Source of the DNA: Dicyema japonicum
Lineage: Eukaryota > Animalia > Dicyemida
Reading direction: 5' to 3'
NCBI GenBank assembly: GCA_011109175.1
Contig: RDEW01000009.1
Coordinates: 640,875 to 704,874, forward strand
DNA length: 64,000 bases
The notes below the pieces were generated by a model. It worked only from the letters and a program-made list of their open reading frames with translations. It searched no databases and had not been told where the DNA came from. Made by a program: the position numbers and the translations under genes. Shown in pieces: positions 40,324 to 53,447 of this stretch (positions within the stretch are counted from its first letter, which is position 1; every line of letters starts with the position of its first letter).

Positions 40324-40479
40324 CCCTTTAATTATTTTTGCTAAGTAGAAAATTGTTTAAATAATTACTTTTTTATAAAACTTTATACGATTATTTTAAA
40401 AAAATCAATCAAAAATGGTTCGAGGTTGAGTTGCCTCTCGCTTTTTTATATACCAAATATATACAAAAAATAGAGTTGC

Positions 40480-40760
40480 AGTCATCTTCAATGATGTGTG
40501 CTAGATTTCCGAGTATTTTGAGGAAAGCGTAGGACGAATTTCCGAGGTTGCCTGAGATTTCTATAGCAAGAGAAACAAATGTTATGATGCTTCGATTAAA
40601 ATTTAATCAGAAATTGAAATCTTTAAGTCAAAGAGACAATGCTTTGAATTAAATCGAAGATTAGAACCCTCTGAGTTCCTAAGTCATGCTATGGACTTTG
40701 ACGAGGGTAACTGTTTGCGATATTGCACGGAAGCACTTGAATGAAGATGTCATAATTTTT
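40480..40760 (+). mobile_element. R4-like element fragment
   Basis: TTTGAATTAAATCGAAGA (FELNRR) matches 61270-61290. Confidence 0.45.
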
Positions 40761-41319
40761 ATTAAGAACTTCACTGGTCTCCACAATTTTAGAGTTGGTT
40801 CTTCACTGGTACCACATACTTCATTCTAAAAAACTGATTCTGTCAATCCTAAGAATTTAAGATTAATCAAATTTATGCCTGGTTTTTGGAAAAAAAACTT
40901 GTCACTAAAATCACTCGCTATGAAGATGTGTTCAATCTCATTTCGGACTGTTAATTTGGGACTAAAAAGCAATATCAAGAAAGTAAAGTCATGATTTTGT
41001 CGATTGTTCAAAGCTGAGATGACTTAGTATCTCCATTCTTTAAAAAGTACACGGAAATTTTCCAAATACAATGTATTTGTATAAATCCACCACTGCCTTC
41101 AATATACCACCAATAAGACACTAAAGAGCATGTTCATTGAGTATAAACACGGATCCCATAAAGCATTCGAAGCCTCAGGGTTAGTAAAATTTGAGTACGA
41201 GATGAGGATGGTCTTCTTTGATGTTCCATGAAAATGATTTAGCCAAAAAAATATTAGCTCTTAACTAGAACTTTTATATTTTTTCCAACTTTTATATTTA
41301 GCTCTTAACTGAAATTCGT

Positions 41320-42190
41320 GCGTCATGTGGTTCGCCTTGTCTGGTGGCGTCAGATACAAGTCAAAAGTGTGCTTGACCACGCCGCAATCAAAAATAACGG
41401 CTCCGGCTTCATCGGTCTGTGTGGTCAAAAAACAATTCGTTTCTTTCATTCAAGGCTAGAAGCCTTAAATACACGTAATTTGAAGAAAAATCCACCCCTC
41501 TTCAAACTCTAGTGAAAGATGATCGTTGTCTATACAGGAAAGCCGTGGGTACTCTGGAACATAGGAAAAACCTCTCGATCCTGTTGAGGCGTACCGGGAT
41601 CACTTATTAGTTGGTTTACTCCTTCTTTCTTGGTGTTCCCTTTTCGGGGTTATTAAATAAATAAGTCAAAAGTGTATCCTAAAAGAACCATTTGTCGACG
41701 ACCATCCAAAGGAGTTCCCCCTGGACGGCACTTCCTACACATCCGTGCACTTTTCCGGTGGAGACTCGTCATGTTAGGAGATGTTGAAATGAATACGGGA
41801 CCAAAAGTTTTAAAGATACTTAGCCTGAACATTAACGGAGTTAGAGGCAAGGCATCCGAACTGAGATTATATTTGGAGAGGAATAAAATTGATATCTGCC
41901 TTTTACAAGAGACCAAGCTTTCTGAGAAATCCACTACTAAATTTACCGGTTTCAATGTATCGAGAGTCAACCGACAATCGGGCCAAGGTGGAGAACTATT
42001 GACCCTCGTCAAGAGAAACATGATGTTCGATAAACACTCCTCCACATTCAGGAATCTAATGGAAGACGCAAACACAGAATTTATTGGGATTTCGGTACAA
42101 AATTCTCTCGGAGCTATTATCATCGCCAACATCTATGTTCCCCCTCCAGGTTCCTGTGCAAAAGGATTTTCTATGGATTTGTCTGCCCTA
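41320..42190 (+). mobile_element. Ingi/L1Tc-like LINE 5' end: split ribozyme motif, 2A-like peptide, APE
   Basis: Motif halves at 41320-41357 and 41674-41690; LVMLGDVEMNTGP at 41765-41803; ILSLNINGVRGK, LLQETK, IANIYVPP. Confidence 0.85.
41371..41662 (+). mobile_element. 5'-truncated LINE 3' end inserted with a 13-bp TSD
   Basis: AAGTCAAAAGTGT at 41358-41370 and 41663-41675; ends GGGATCACTTATTAG...GGGGTTATTAAATAAAT. Confidence 0.88.
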
Positions 42191-42319
42191 GATATGATGG
42201 AAAACGAAACCGAAAACCAAATTTATTCCAAAATAAGTAAGGAGTTATTTTTAGGATATTTAAACGTGTCCGCCTATGTGGCCTGGACACTTCCGATATA
42301 TCCACACTCCATTTAGTTA

Positions 42320-45300
42320 TCTTCTATCGTTGGATCCCATTGATTATTTTCTCTACGATGTTTTTAACAAGAGTTAGAATCATGTCTTCTTCATTACTGA
42401 GAGCATCCCAGAGCCTTTTCCTAAAGCCAACTTTATTGCCGACCTTCTGGTTTTTATCCATGAAAAACATTATTCTTTCTCTTTGGCAAAAGAAAAACCA
42501 TGCTTCGCATCCATATAGCAGTTCCGGTAGGATGATTTTCATGAAGATGAACAAGAAGGTTTCCAGGCTTACAAACAACTTTCTCGTACATAAGAGTACT
42601 TGAAGCGCCTTTTTCCTTCTTAGTCTTATGTCCTTCATGAAGGAACCTTTCCATCTATTGCTATCCCGAGGTAGCGCATTGAGTTTACTTTAGGAATCTC
42701 TAATGAGTAAGGCTGCTTCTGATGCCTCCTTATGCGACTTACTCGTAGAGAGCTGGATTTCTCCGTAGACAATCTCATCAATCTTTTAGTGCACCAGTCC
42801 TGAACTTGTCCAATGAATGACAAGATCCTTTCTCCGAAAGAGTTGATTTGGTAGATGTATTTGTGATCAGAGTATCATCGACGTATATCAATAGTTTTGT
42901 GTTTATATCCGGGGGAGTTAGAAAATCTGATAGGAATATGTTGAATAGCAGAGGGATCAGGACGGAACCCTGTGGAACTCCCCTCTTCAGTATGATGTCT
43001 TTCGACATATGTGCTTCAACACGTACTTGAGAAATCCGTCCTGTTAGGAAATCCCTTATCCAGATGAGAAGTTTCTTTTGGATCTGAGCAGCTGCTAGCC
43101 TTGATAGGAGTGCTTCATGCCACACACTATCGAAAGCCTTGGACAGATCCAAACATACCAGGTTGACTAGTCTTTTGACTTCCAGAACTTCCAGACCTCT
43201 CAATACGTTGAATGCATCTGGTAGATACAGTCCGTGCATGATTCTCCTGGTCTGAAGTCTTATTGTTCTGCGAGGAGGAAACCACTCTCTTCTATGTGGT
43301 CGTTAAGCCTTCTGAAGATAATTCGTTCGATAATCTTGGAGATCGAACAGATGAGACTTATTGGCCTATAGCCGAGAGGGTCCCTCCTCGATTTTCCCGG
43401 TTTCAGTATCATTCTGACAATGGAAGATTTCCAGCGTTTTGGGACATGACCATGATGAATGCTTGCATTGAATAAATTCTTCAGTATGGGAAATAGAGCC
43501 TCTGGGGCTTCCTTGAACAATCTTATGCTTAGATGGTCGAGTCCAGGAGCGTTAGCCTTGCTTTCATGATTGCAGTCATGACTTCATCCGTAGTTATTTT
43601 CATTTCAGTATCCTTAAGATCGTCCAAACAGTAGGTTAAAATTTCACGTGAAGAATCTAACGTCTCCCTCGGAATAAGCTCCATCGGGTTGACCCCCTGA
43701 ATACGGTCCAGTTGTTTCTTAAAAGTATCTGAGGCTTCTTCCATAGAACATAGTCCACCTTCTGGCTTGGTCAAGGAGATTTTTATGTCATTCCTTTTCT
43801 GGCTAGTTATTCTTTTGTAGAACTTCCAGAACGAGGAGTCTTTGGTGTTTAGTTTGCTTTCCTCTGCCCTCAAACATTGTTCTTAAGATAGTATTGTTCC
43901 TTCTTCAATGGCTTTCTTGATTATCTTCAATTGTCCGGTCAATGCAATCCGGTCTATCCAGTCCACACATCTTCTGAGTTTGGTCCTCAGGCGATTCCTT
44001 TCATTGATCAAAAATAATGTGGAACGCGAAAGACTGATGCTCTTTTCATAATTGGTACTTGAAGATCTTTTCCTTGCATAAAGCATTAAGTATGTCTCCA
44101 TCATGATGGAGAGTTCATTATCTATGATGTTGATTTCACTTCGGGAATAATCTTTATCTTCCAGTCTTTGAGGTTTCTTGATATGTACCTTCTGTAGTGT
44201 TCCCAGTTTATTCTTGTTAGGTCGTAACCTGTAAACACAGAGTCCATGTAGTCTGGAGCTAGGTTCAATAACATCTCTTGGGGTATATGATCACTCCCGA
44301 TGTCCCACATGATCATCGGCTTTTCTACATAATTGTAGAGTGGTGGTGACACCAGGAACACCCCAAGCATGTCTCCTCCGTAGTGCGAGTAATGATTCGG
44401 TTTTTCCGATGTCAAAATCTCAAATCCAGTTTTATCACTCAATTTCCTTAGTCTGATTCCATCATCGTTAGTACCGAGGCATCCATATTCAATGTTTTTG
44501 GCATTTAGATCACCCACTAGGATAGACATATCATTTCTTGTGAAGAATTCTTCAATTTCTGTGGAACACTTTCTAAGGTCTTTTGAATACATTCCACCGA
44601 CGTGAATCCAACTGCCGCAGCATCTCACCTGACGGAAACAAATTCGCAGTGTGTATTCATAATAATTTTTGGCTCACGTATCTGTAGAACTTCACTGGTA
44701 GAACAATGTTGTTCCAGTACCAGCTACTGCACCTTCGACCCATGGAATTTCTATAAAATTGAATCCCTCGATCATTGTGTTGTTGGTCATTTTCACTTTG
44801 GTCTCGTTGACCACCAGGATTTCAATCTTGGTGGACGATAGTAGTAGTGCCAGGTCATGACGACTCTTCTTTAAGGATCGGGCGTTCACCAGCAGTATCT
44901 TCAAGTTTCTTTTCAATTTTCTTGTTGGTGGCCCGGAAACTCCATGGCCAAATCCACCATATTGCATAAATCCATTCCGAGTATGTTACTTAGTTCCTTC
45001 AGTATACATACTATTTCCTTTAGCTCTTTTTTAACACTTTCTGATAACTTTTCCTTCCGTAGCCAGGCCGACTCTCGCGGAGGAGGTGCTGCTTCGTACT
45101 TGTTAGTACTTGGGCCAATTATCCTTTTTTGGGCTGGCGGTTCCAATTTCTTGGTTATAATATCCGTCTGTTTTGGTTCCTGTTGTCGATTCGGGAGTTT
45201 AACTTTCGTCTGGCCTCCATGAATACAGGGCATCCTTTGTATCTTGCGTCGTGTCTTGTTGACCCGCAGTTAACACATTTTCGTTCAAGAGTTGGATCCG

Positions 45301-45826
45301 CATCACACTTGGTGGTGTCGTGTTTTCCCGCGCAACAGAAGCCTTTTTTCTTTCCCGTGCACTGGCATGCAAAGTGGCCGATTTGCTGACAACTGTAGCA
45401 GATTGGTGGTCCTCTTCGCATCTATTCACAAGAAATCTTGTTCGTCCCGATGTAGAAGCCACATCTAATTAGTGATGTAGCTCCGACTTCATTGATCGTG
45501 GCCTTCGCCAATGGCATGGCCTGTGATCCTCTGGTCATTCGGGTAACTTTCGTGACTGAGAGAGCCATCTCCTGAAGGTAGTCCAAGAGGTCGTCCTCCT
45601 TTACCCAGAAGGGGAGGTTCCTGAGGACAATCTCAGACGGTTTTGTTGAGATTGTCTTGAAATGGTGATTGTCATTACCAAAGGGGCAGGTCTCATTCAC
45701 CGCCTCTATAAAGGTGGCCACATGGGAGTTATCCAGGAAATCCAGTCGGAAAGAGCCCGGTCCTCTGTGGCTCATCCTCATAGATCCGTATTGGTCATAG
45801 TATTGTAAAACATTTGCGATTTTAAT
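42320..45826 (-). mobile_element. Near full-length degenerate Jockey-like LINE
   Basis: ORF1 knuckles CYSCQQIGHFACQC and CVNCGSTRH; APE ILLVNARSL, VGDLNAK and GSDH; RT YRPISLI, CLDLSKAFDSVWH, GVPQGS and YVDD. Confidence 0.88.
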
Positions 45827-47400
45827 CCCGTCCATATCGGAATGTGATGGAAAACGTGTTGGTGTCCGGAGATTTTAATGCCAAGCACCCTTCGTGGTAT
45901 GAGAAACAACCTCCAGACATAAGGGGACTTCATATCTCCCAATTAGAAAATCTGTCCACTATGAACTACCCAATTAGGAATACACGATCCCCGTATAATA
46001 CCAAGGATTCGGTTACATCACCGGATATTACGTTATGTTCACCACGGCTTGCTCCGCTTATATGCTGGTCTGTGAACTGACTTACGAAGCGACCATAATC
46101 CCATTCTGATCAAGATCAATTGTACACCAATGACGCGGTCAAAACACATTATTTTTTATGACTATATTAATGCTGACTGGACAAGATTCAGAAGATATGT
46201 GGATTCGGCCCTGCGTCCAGACAAGAATCCTAGAAAGGATAGTTATGATACTCACGCGACATTCCCTCCCGGATGCCAGATTTCAGCATGGTTTTAAAGA
46301 GGGACGATCAACTATCACACACCTACCTACATTAAAGAAGTTCATAGAAAATGGCCTTAACAAAAGACCATGACAGAAAAAGACGATTGTATGCTCAATT
46401 GATATCCAGAAGGCTTTTGACTCAGTTTTGAGGAAAATTATCACGCACAAGATATATTCGTCGAACATTGACGCAAACCTGAAATTGTGGTTGGGAAATT
46501 TCTTGAGTGGCCGACGAGGACGAGTACACTATGGCAATCGATGTTCCGTACCGAGACTATTAGCAAAGGGCGTTCTTCAGGGCTCCCCATTATCTCCTCT
46601 CTTGTTTAACGTTATGATGGATGACTTGCCACTCCCTCAGGGGGACAATGACATATTATTAACGTATGCTGATGATATAGTCATTGCCTCGAGGGATGTG
46701 AGTATTGTGGAGGCAACTGAATAATCTAAGTTTATGGCTTTAGGAAAATCAATTGACTGCTAGCCCGGAAAAGTCGGTGTTGACCCTATTCACGACAAAC
46801 AGAAGACTAGGGAAAGTATCAATTGACGTCACACTGGATGGGAAGATTATCCTTCAAAACAATTACCAGAAAATCATGGGAGTTACCTTTGACACCTTCT
46901 TAACTTTTACAAAACATGTCGAAAATATGTTATTGACTTGTACGAGGAAAATCAACTTCCTGAAGGCGTTCTTGGGAAACCTAAGAGACAAAAAAGGTCT
47001 GAGTAATCTGGAGGTCATATACAAACAGTTCATCGAGGCTACAATAGGATACGCATGTAATATCTGGGGATCTAACCTTTCTGCAACGAATTTGGACAAG
47101 ATATGCAACATTCAAGTGAAGGCAGCAAACCTACTAAGGAAATATTCCAGAGTGAAATTCTGCCAAAGAAACCTAGAAAATATGATAGAGGCGACTGGAA
47201 CAGTGCTTCTGCGAAAGACTCGAGTATGCGGACCCCGTCCATATCGGAAATGTGCAGAAACGCAGTCGGAACACCGAGAAAAGATGCGGAGACTGTTGAG
47301 GGAGGCTGGGATTACCTGAATTTTGTTATTTTGGATTTGACGGTGGTTTTTTGGTTCAATAAACTAAAATATTTATTTCCAGGATCACCGAGTTAAAGGA
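45827..47400 (+). mobile_element. Internally deleted Ingi-like LINE (APE part, RT, 3' end)
   Basis: GDFNAKHPSW, FQHGFKEGRST, IDIQKAFDS, GVLQGSPLSPLLF, YADD; ORF ends LREAGIT*. Confidence 0.85.
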
Positions 47401-47667
47401 AAAGAGAGTCCTCAACTAACTATTGATCCCAGTGTGAGGCTAGCATCACTCTCATCATATCAATTGTTGTGGAAACTCTCTAGTAGAGTAGGAAAGAGAG
47501 ATATCATTTTTGTATGCAGGCATGAATGTCATCTCCTTGGACAGATGAACCACATAATGTCTTAATGATTAAAATTTAAGTAATACTTATAAACCTGTTA
47601 TAACTACATATGTTTATTAGCGTATAATCGATCTAAATATTAAGAGAATTATTCAACGTAATCTAGT

Positions 47668-49050
47668 ATGGAGGTTATATTAAATAAGGTCTCAGACAAG
47701 GAAAAAAGGTACCTAAACTCAGTTTTGGAGAGAAATGACCAAGTTATGATTAGGGAACATAATAGAATACAGTTCTCTTAACAAATTAACTGTAGAAAAC
47801 TTCAGAAAGGATTATTTTTATCAAAAACATTGATTATAAACTTTTCTACGAATACGATATGTTGTGAAATATGCAGGTGGTTCTCCGATTCAAAGAGAAT
47901 GATATATTGTTCGAAATGTGGAATTCTTATTTGCCAAAAGTGCCATCAGAGTATCTCCAAGTCAGGAAATTCTGAGATTTGTCACTGGTGCTACATGTAT
48001 TGCGTGAATGAACATTTTAGAGAATTCAAAAAAATCATGAAATGGCATCATCAATTTAGAAATATTTCATTCCGAAAATTATATTTTGGTATTTTTAGTT
48101 TACGGTAAACGAATAGTTGGAGACAATCTCGTCAGCATGATTGGGGACACTGAGAATGCTAACATTAAAAAGTTGTTTTGAGGGAGGAGTTTAGTGAACA
48201 ATTTTTGAAAAAATATGTTAATAAAATGAAAATGAAAGCTACAAAGAAATATAAGAAAGTTGATTCACAGACAGCTGAAAACGATCAGAACGGAGGCATT
48301 TATTTGAAATTAAAATATGACAAAGATGCAGAAAAACTAAGAATTTACATAAATCAAATCGAGGAACCACCAAGTGGCAAAGTTAGCCAATGGAATGCAG
48401 CCATAATTTTACTCCCCGACGTTGATAATTCAACCAAAGTCAAATTCAAATTAAACGATAAAAATAAAAATTTGCCTGACAAGTTTATTGAAGTTTCAAT
48501 TGTCTAATCAATTTTAAGTATCACGTGGCCGAATATCAAGTAAATTCTATGAGTGTCTTTATTCAATTCACAGCTAAAATGCTATGGAAAAGTCGAATTG
48601 TTTATTCTACAGAGACCCATGTTGCTATGGTAGAAAATAACTTACAGTACTGGGCTCCATTTCAAAAAAATGTAAAAATTAATTACCTAATTTGGGCTAT
48701 TTCGAAATCTCAATATGCTTTAAGATTACGTCTCATGGTATCAATTGAAGAAGAGAAATTTACGATTATCGTAAATTCTCTGTTTGGTATGAAAGAATCA
48801 AAATCAACGTGCTATAAAATTATTTTGTAATATTAACTTAAAATCTAGAACCGCTAACAATTCTATTTTGGAGGGTCAAAGAGATATACTTGGAAAGAAG
48901 TGGATTATTTTTGATGAAAAGTTTAAATTTGGAAATTACCCCAAATATGAGAAAATCGAAGTCGATATTCTCAGAGTGAAGGGAGTGAAAACAGTAATAT
49001 CAAGGGATCTAATTGAATTAAAGAAAAGTCAGGGTTTATTTAATTTATAG
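47668..49050 (+). CDS. Synaptotagmin-like / rabphilin-like Rab effector (Rab-binding helix, Cys-rich zinc finger, tandem C2-like domains)
   Basis: Exon 1 MEVILNKVSDKEKRYLNSVLERNDQVMIREHNRI; 24-nt intron at 47772-47795; CEIC..CSKCGILICQKC..ICHWC; GGIYLKLKYDK C2-like strand; stop at 49050. Confidence 0.75.
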
Positions 49051-49449
49051 AATTAAACCGTCACCAAGTGGTTGTGGGGGAGAATTCAGACAAGTCTTTA
49101 GTTGAGATATTATCAGAAAAGGAAAAATGCGAACTTATCCTTTACTTGAATCCAATAAAGCACTGATACGATTACTAATAAAGTTAAGTTAACAATGATT
49201 TTTAAATTTTCAATTAATTATTGTCGTATGTCATAGCGTCCGGACTGTTGATATTGTCCTGGTTGATAAGTAAATTTTATTATTTGAAATCGCCTTAGAG
49301 TTTTACTAACCCGGACAGTGCCGATTTTCTTCAAAAAATGAAAAAAATTTGAGTCAATAAAGTGATTAAGCGAAAAAAAAGTTTAAAATAGAAAAGGTCC
49401 CTTAGAGTTAAGATTTATGATTAAGGTTTATGGTTAAGATTTGCTAACT

Positions 49450-49760
49450 TAAGAGAAAAAACAACCGATTAGATGTATCCAGTTTCCAAGGTCGCAGAAG
49501 CAGATACCTTCCAACGTCACACACAAGTACATTCAGAATCAGCGGAAAGGGAAGAAAGTATCAAGTATTTGACGTTTTGTGAACTCCTCCAATGGGGTGA
49601 GATATAAAATAGATTCTTATTTGTGCTATCCTGGCACTGTGAGACACCTGAGAAGGGAGGAAGATATGACGTCACTCAATTAGAACCAGAGAAGATAAAG
49701 AACTGCGGAAAGTAAGTGAAACCTTAGACCAAGTAGACAGTAAGAAGAATCAAAACAGGA
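49450..49760 (-). mobile_element. Diverged family A copy with a degenerate ribozyme-like motif at 49613-49673
   Basis: Minus strand GACGTC ATA TCTT...GTGC/GCAC AAAT AAGA; CCCCATTGGAGGAGTTCACAA and GGAAACTGGATACATCTAAT resemble family A. Confidence 0.55.
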
Positions 49761-51289
49761 TTAGTGTAATTTATTTATTTAAACCTCAAAACCACCAAGA
49801 AAGGCTAAACCTACACCCACTAATTAGGTGAGTCCAGCCTCCAACATCTACAGAACTCTTCATGAATGTTCCACCAGCGACCCAACTGCCTCCCCCCCCT
49901 CCGTAAGTTCATTCTTTTGTGTCTGGAGAGGAATTTTATCGGAGTGCATTTCTTTATGGTCGAAATGAATTCCTCTGCATGTGACATCCTTTCTCTAAAT
50001 GGGTTTCCTAGCTCCTTGAGGAAACATTTCTCAACTTCGCCTCCTCTGAAAGGATTTTGTAATAGAATATATTTTTTAGAGTCCCACCGAGAAAGAAAAA
50101 CACAAATAATGTCAAAAAGTTACGTGATCCTAGTTCCACAATCAGCTGTCCCATCAAACGTCTGTGGAACTCCATTGTCTTCACTACAGGACAAAGGTGC
50201 CTTCTCATTACTGTAGAGAAATTCGATTAGAACTTTTGCCTTTGATAAGGATAGGCGATGCAGGTTTTCATCTTCCCTACAGACACGGAGAATCCGGATC
50301 CACATTTACGGGCTTCAGTAAGTAGAAGGACGGTTAATGATTCATTTTGTTGCCTCAACATACAAATAGTTATCCGATAAAAAAAGTTGATTCTGTCGAG
50401 TTATTGTCTTCACGCAACAAAGGCATACTCTACAGCCAGAACGATCGTTTGTTGGTAGACTGTTGCAATAGAGTCATCCAAATTGAAAGAGGTCTTCTGA
50501 GCATATGTACGTTCAGGTAGAATTTAACAACCTGTCATAGTCACTCAAAAAACTGAAGGAGATCTTGTTATAGGTATTTGAACAGATCCAATGAAAATTC
50601 CATATTTTTCGTTGTAACAAGTATCTCATGTGAAAAGTGTGCATGTAAATTTTGTGGCCGATATCGAAAGGAGTTTGTCTATCAACCAATCGTAGACACT
50701 ATTCACTTTCAACTGGGCGTTAGAAGTTGCGACTAACGACGTCGATTAAGTGCTGCGATGATTATAACATCCGCGTAGGAAAGTAACAAGGAGTCTTAGT
50801 TTTTGTCTGTTGGCATGTCGTGAAGGAATAGTTTTAAAAGTGTCAAGAGAGTGGAGAACCCGAGACACTCAATTTGCTAGTATTAAGTCATCTTGATCTG
50901 AGATAGCAACAGTTAACTTTTCCACATCTTGAGTGTTTGCCAACTACAGCTTAAGTTTGGGTGTATCTTTGAGGCAAAAATATTCCCAATGAGTTATTTC
51001 CTTAGAACAGTGTCGAATTTTTTATTAATGTAAATGGAGACTATCGTCATACGTATGTGAGGTGGAGTAGCATTAAACCTATTGGAAATTAATTGTGACA
51101 GCGTTAATAAGTGTGTTGTGGTCGATTTTTCAGAACAATTGTTAGAATGATATTCAATTATGATTATAATAAATATTAGATATTAAACTTATCACCGAAT
51201 TCCTGGACCTCTCCTCTTTTATCCCCAGTGATCCTGGGGATAATAAATAATAATTTATCTTTCTATTGAAAAAAATAACTAAACTTGCT

Positions 51290-51600
51290 AGGTCTAGTAT
51301 CAATCTTTGGTATCTGGATGACGCAGTTCTTGGAAGTCCCCTTTACTGTCTTTTGAGATCTGTAAATTTTGCTCTCTGCTTTTTCGAGATGGCCATGCTT
51401 CTCATAAGATTTGATGGCATTAAAGTCCACTCTTCTTTGGATGTCTCAGTTCCGGCTTACCTTTCGTATCTCTTAGTTTCTTATTTCGTGGTCAGGAAGA
51501 TCTACATTCCTTTCCTGAATTTTCAACTGACTCGGTTCGGCTATTACCTGGACCCTTGACTAAACATCATTCCCCTCTAAAAGATTCGCAGCAGAGCCTG
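51290..51600 (+). mobile_element. CRE-clade RT fragment
   Basis: NLWYLDDAVLG and LLIRFDGIKVHSSLDVSVPAYLS resemble CRE WYLDD and LPVRxGGLG motifs. Confidence 0.55.
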
Positions 51601-52399
51601 AATCATGTTGTATGTCAGAGATTTTTCGAATTTGGATTGACTATTTTAGTTAGTCTTTTAAGTGTTTGTAAATAAAATAAATCAGAAAAAATATTCAATA
51701 CGACCACGCTCCAATAAAACCCCAACCAACCGTGAGGCACCATCTGTTTTTAGAACAGTTTTTTTAATAAATCATTGTAAACCATTTTTAAATTGGAGAA
51801 AAGACAAAATTTGCTGTTCTTCATTCCGGCTGAAAATGATATGCATCTACGTTGTTTCCTATTAGACGAGTGAATCCGTAATCAGCGATACTTGTCTACA
51901 GGGAATCAGACGCAACCAAAAGAATTGTTAAGAACATGGATAGGTTTCTTTTCAACGATTATTTAGCGTAACTGTTTTTTACTTTTGAAATAAAGTGCGT
52001 TCCTTGCACATGCGGGGTTAGTTGTATGTTGCCTGGTTGACGATTGGTTTGGAAAAACAATGCTTTGTTGAAAATCAATGAGACAAATAGTTTCATTTGT
52101 AGGGGAACTTGAGTCATATAGCTACAACTAAAATATTGCTGTAAAAAGATAGAACAGCAAAGATGTAGTTTCCGAATTGTTCAAGGGAATGAATCCGAAT
52201 TGACTGATAAAGGGATATCAAACTTAATAGGGTTGAAAACAAAGCCGTATAGAAGGGTTCTGTCGATTCATAAAAATAACGATCTTGTAAAATCATTATT
52301 TAAAATTTGCCTCGAATCACAGCATCAAATTAAAAATAGGCTTTGGTTATAAACTTCATAGACAGAATACGCATATTATTAAAGTAAAAAACGGTTATA

Positions 52400-52610
52400 A
52401 TAACTAATCGTAGAAAGGGAACTAACGAATGTTCTTCACTTCTTGTTGTGTGTGAGTCTAGTAGACAATCCGGTTTCACAGTAAAGTGTTCACTGATGAC
52501 GCGTCACTAGTCAATCCAAACCATCGCAGATGCGTGGAACCTTCAGCCGAAATGTAGAGCAATGATATTCGAACTCGTAACAATCAGGATTTTGTCCGGC
52601 ACTTATGCTT
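52400..52610 (-). mobile_element. Degenerate tRNA-SINE copy
   Basis: CACTGATGACGCGTCACTAGTCAATCC...GATGCGTGGAACC...ATTCGAACTCGTAAC, homologous to 4173-4265. Confidence 0.75.
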
Positions 52611-53447
52611 TTATTGATTCGGTCTATAATTACAATGTGTCTTATGGATGCACTTTTGAAAGAAATCAATCATTAAAAGCACAATTCTAATTATGCAATA
52701 ATAATCATTTAGGCCATCTCCGGACGGACAATCCTCATCTGTATTCCCTCATTCAATAAGTTTATAAAATTGGGCTGCCAGAATAGGTTGGAACCAAAAT
52801 ATTTATATATATTTAATCTTTATTAAAGATATAAAGGTGAAGGGGATAAAACTAATCAATATTGCAACATATGTATAGAAGACGGGGTTGACATAATGTG
52901 GTTCAGAAAACGAAAAAAACACGTCCGAACAAGCCCAAAAATTTATTGCTCAAATCAAACATTTATTCAACTTTTTTTGCGATAACCTCGGATATACCTG
53001 TTTTATCCAGTTCCACGGTCGAAGTGAAACGTATCCATTCTCAGGATTCATATCCGCCATTATGGTAACTTGACCTTTTTGGATCCCGGCTAAGCAGGTG
53101 GATCCAATGACATCTCTAAGAAATAAAAAAGATAAAGAACAGTGAGGATGTCTTCTACCAGACCACTGTTAAATCGAAAAAACTAACTAAGTGATCCCGA
53201 CGAATGGCTTTTATCTTTGCTCGGTGTTGATCACTTGAGCCTACACAAGATCGCTGCGGGCGGGCACTTCCTTCTTGGCGTTGGTGTCCTTTCTCATTTT
53301 TTTTCAATTAGTGTCTCCAAGGGCGTCAGTGATTTGATATTTTCCCTTTGTATACCTAAATAATATACCTAAAATTTAACTTGAATAATAAAAACTAAAT
53401 ATTTTATATTAATAATTTATTTAAATTTCGCTTCTTAAATTATTTAG

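Noticed and set aside
49866-50310. LTR retrotransposon gag-like fragment
   Set aside because: Only a weak VPQTFDG resemblance; no LTR, PBS, protease or integrase nearby.
51650-52296. Minus-strand membrane-protein gene
   Set aside because: The first exon is plausible, but I could not trace a stop-free spliced continuation.
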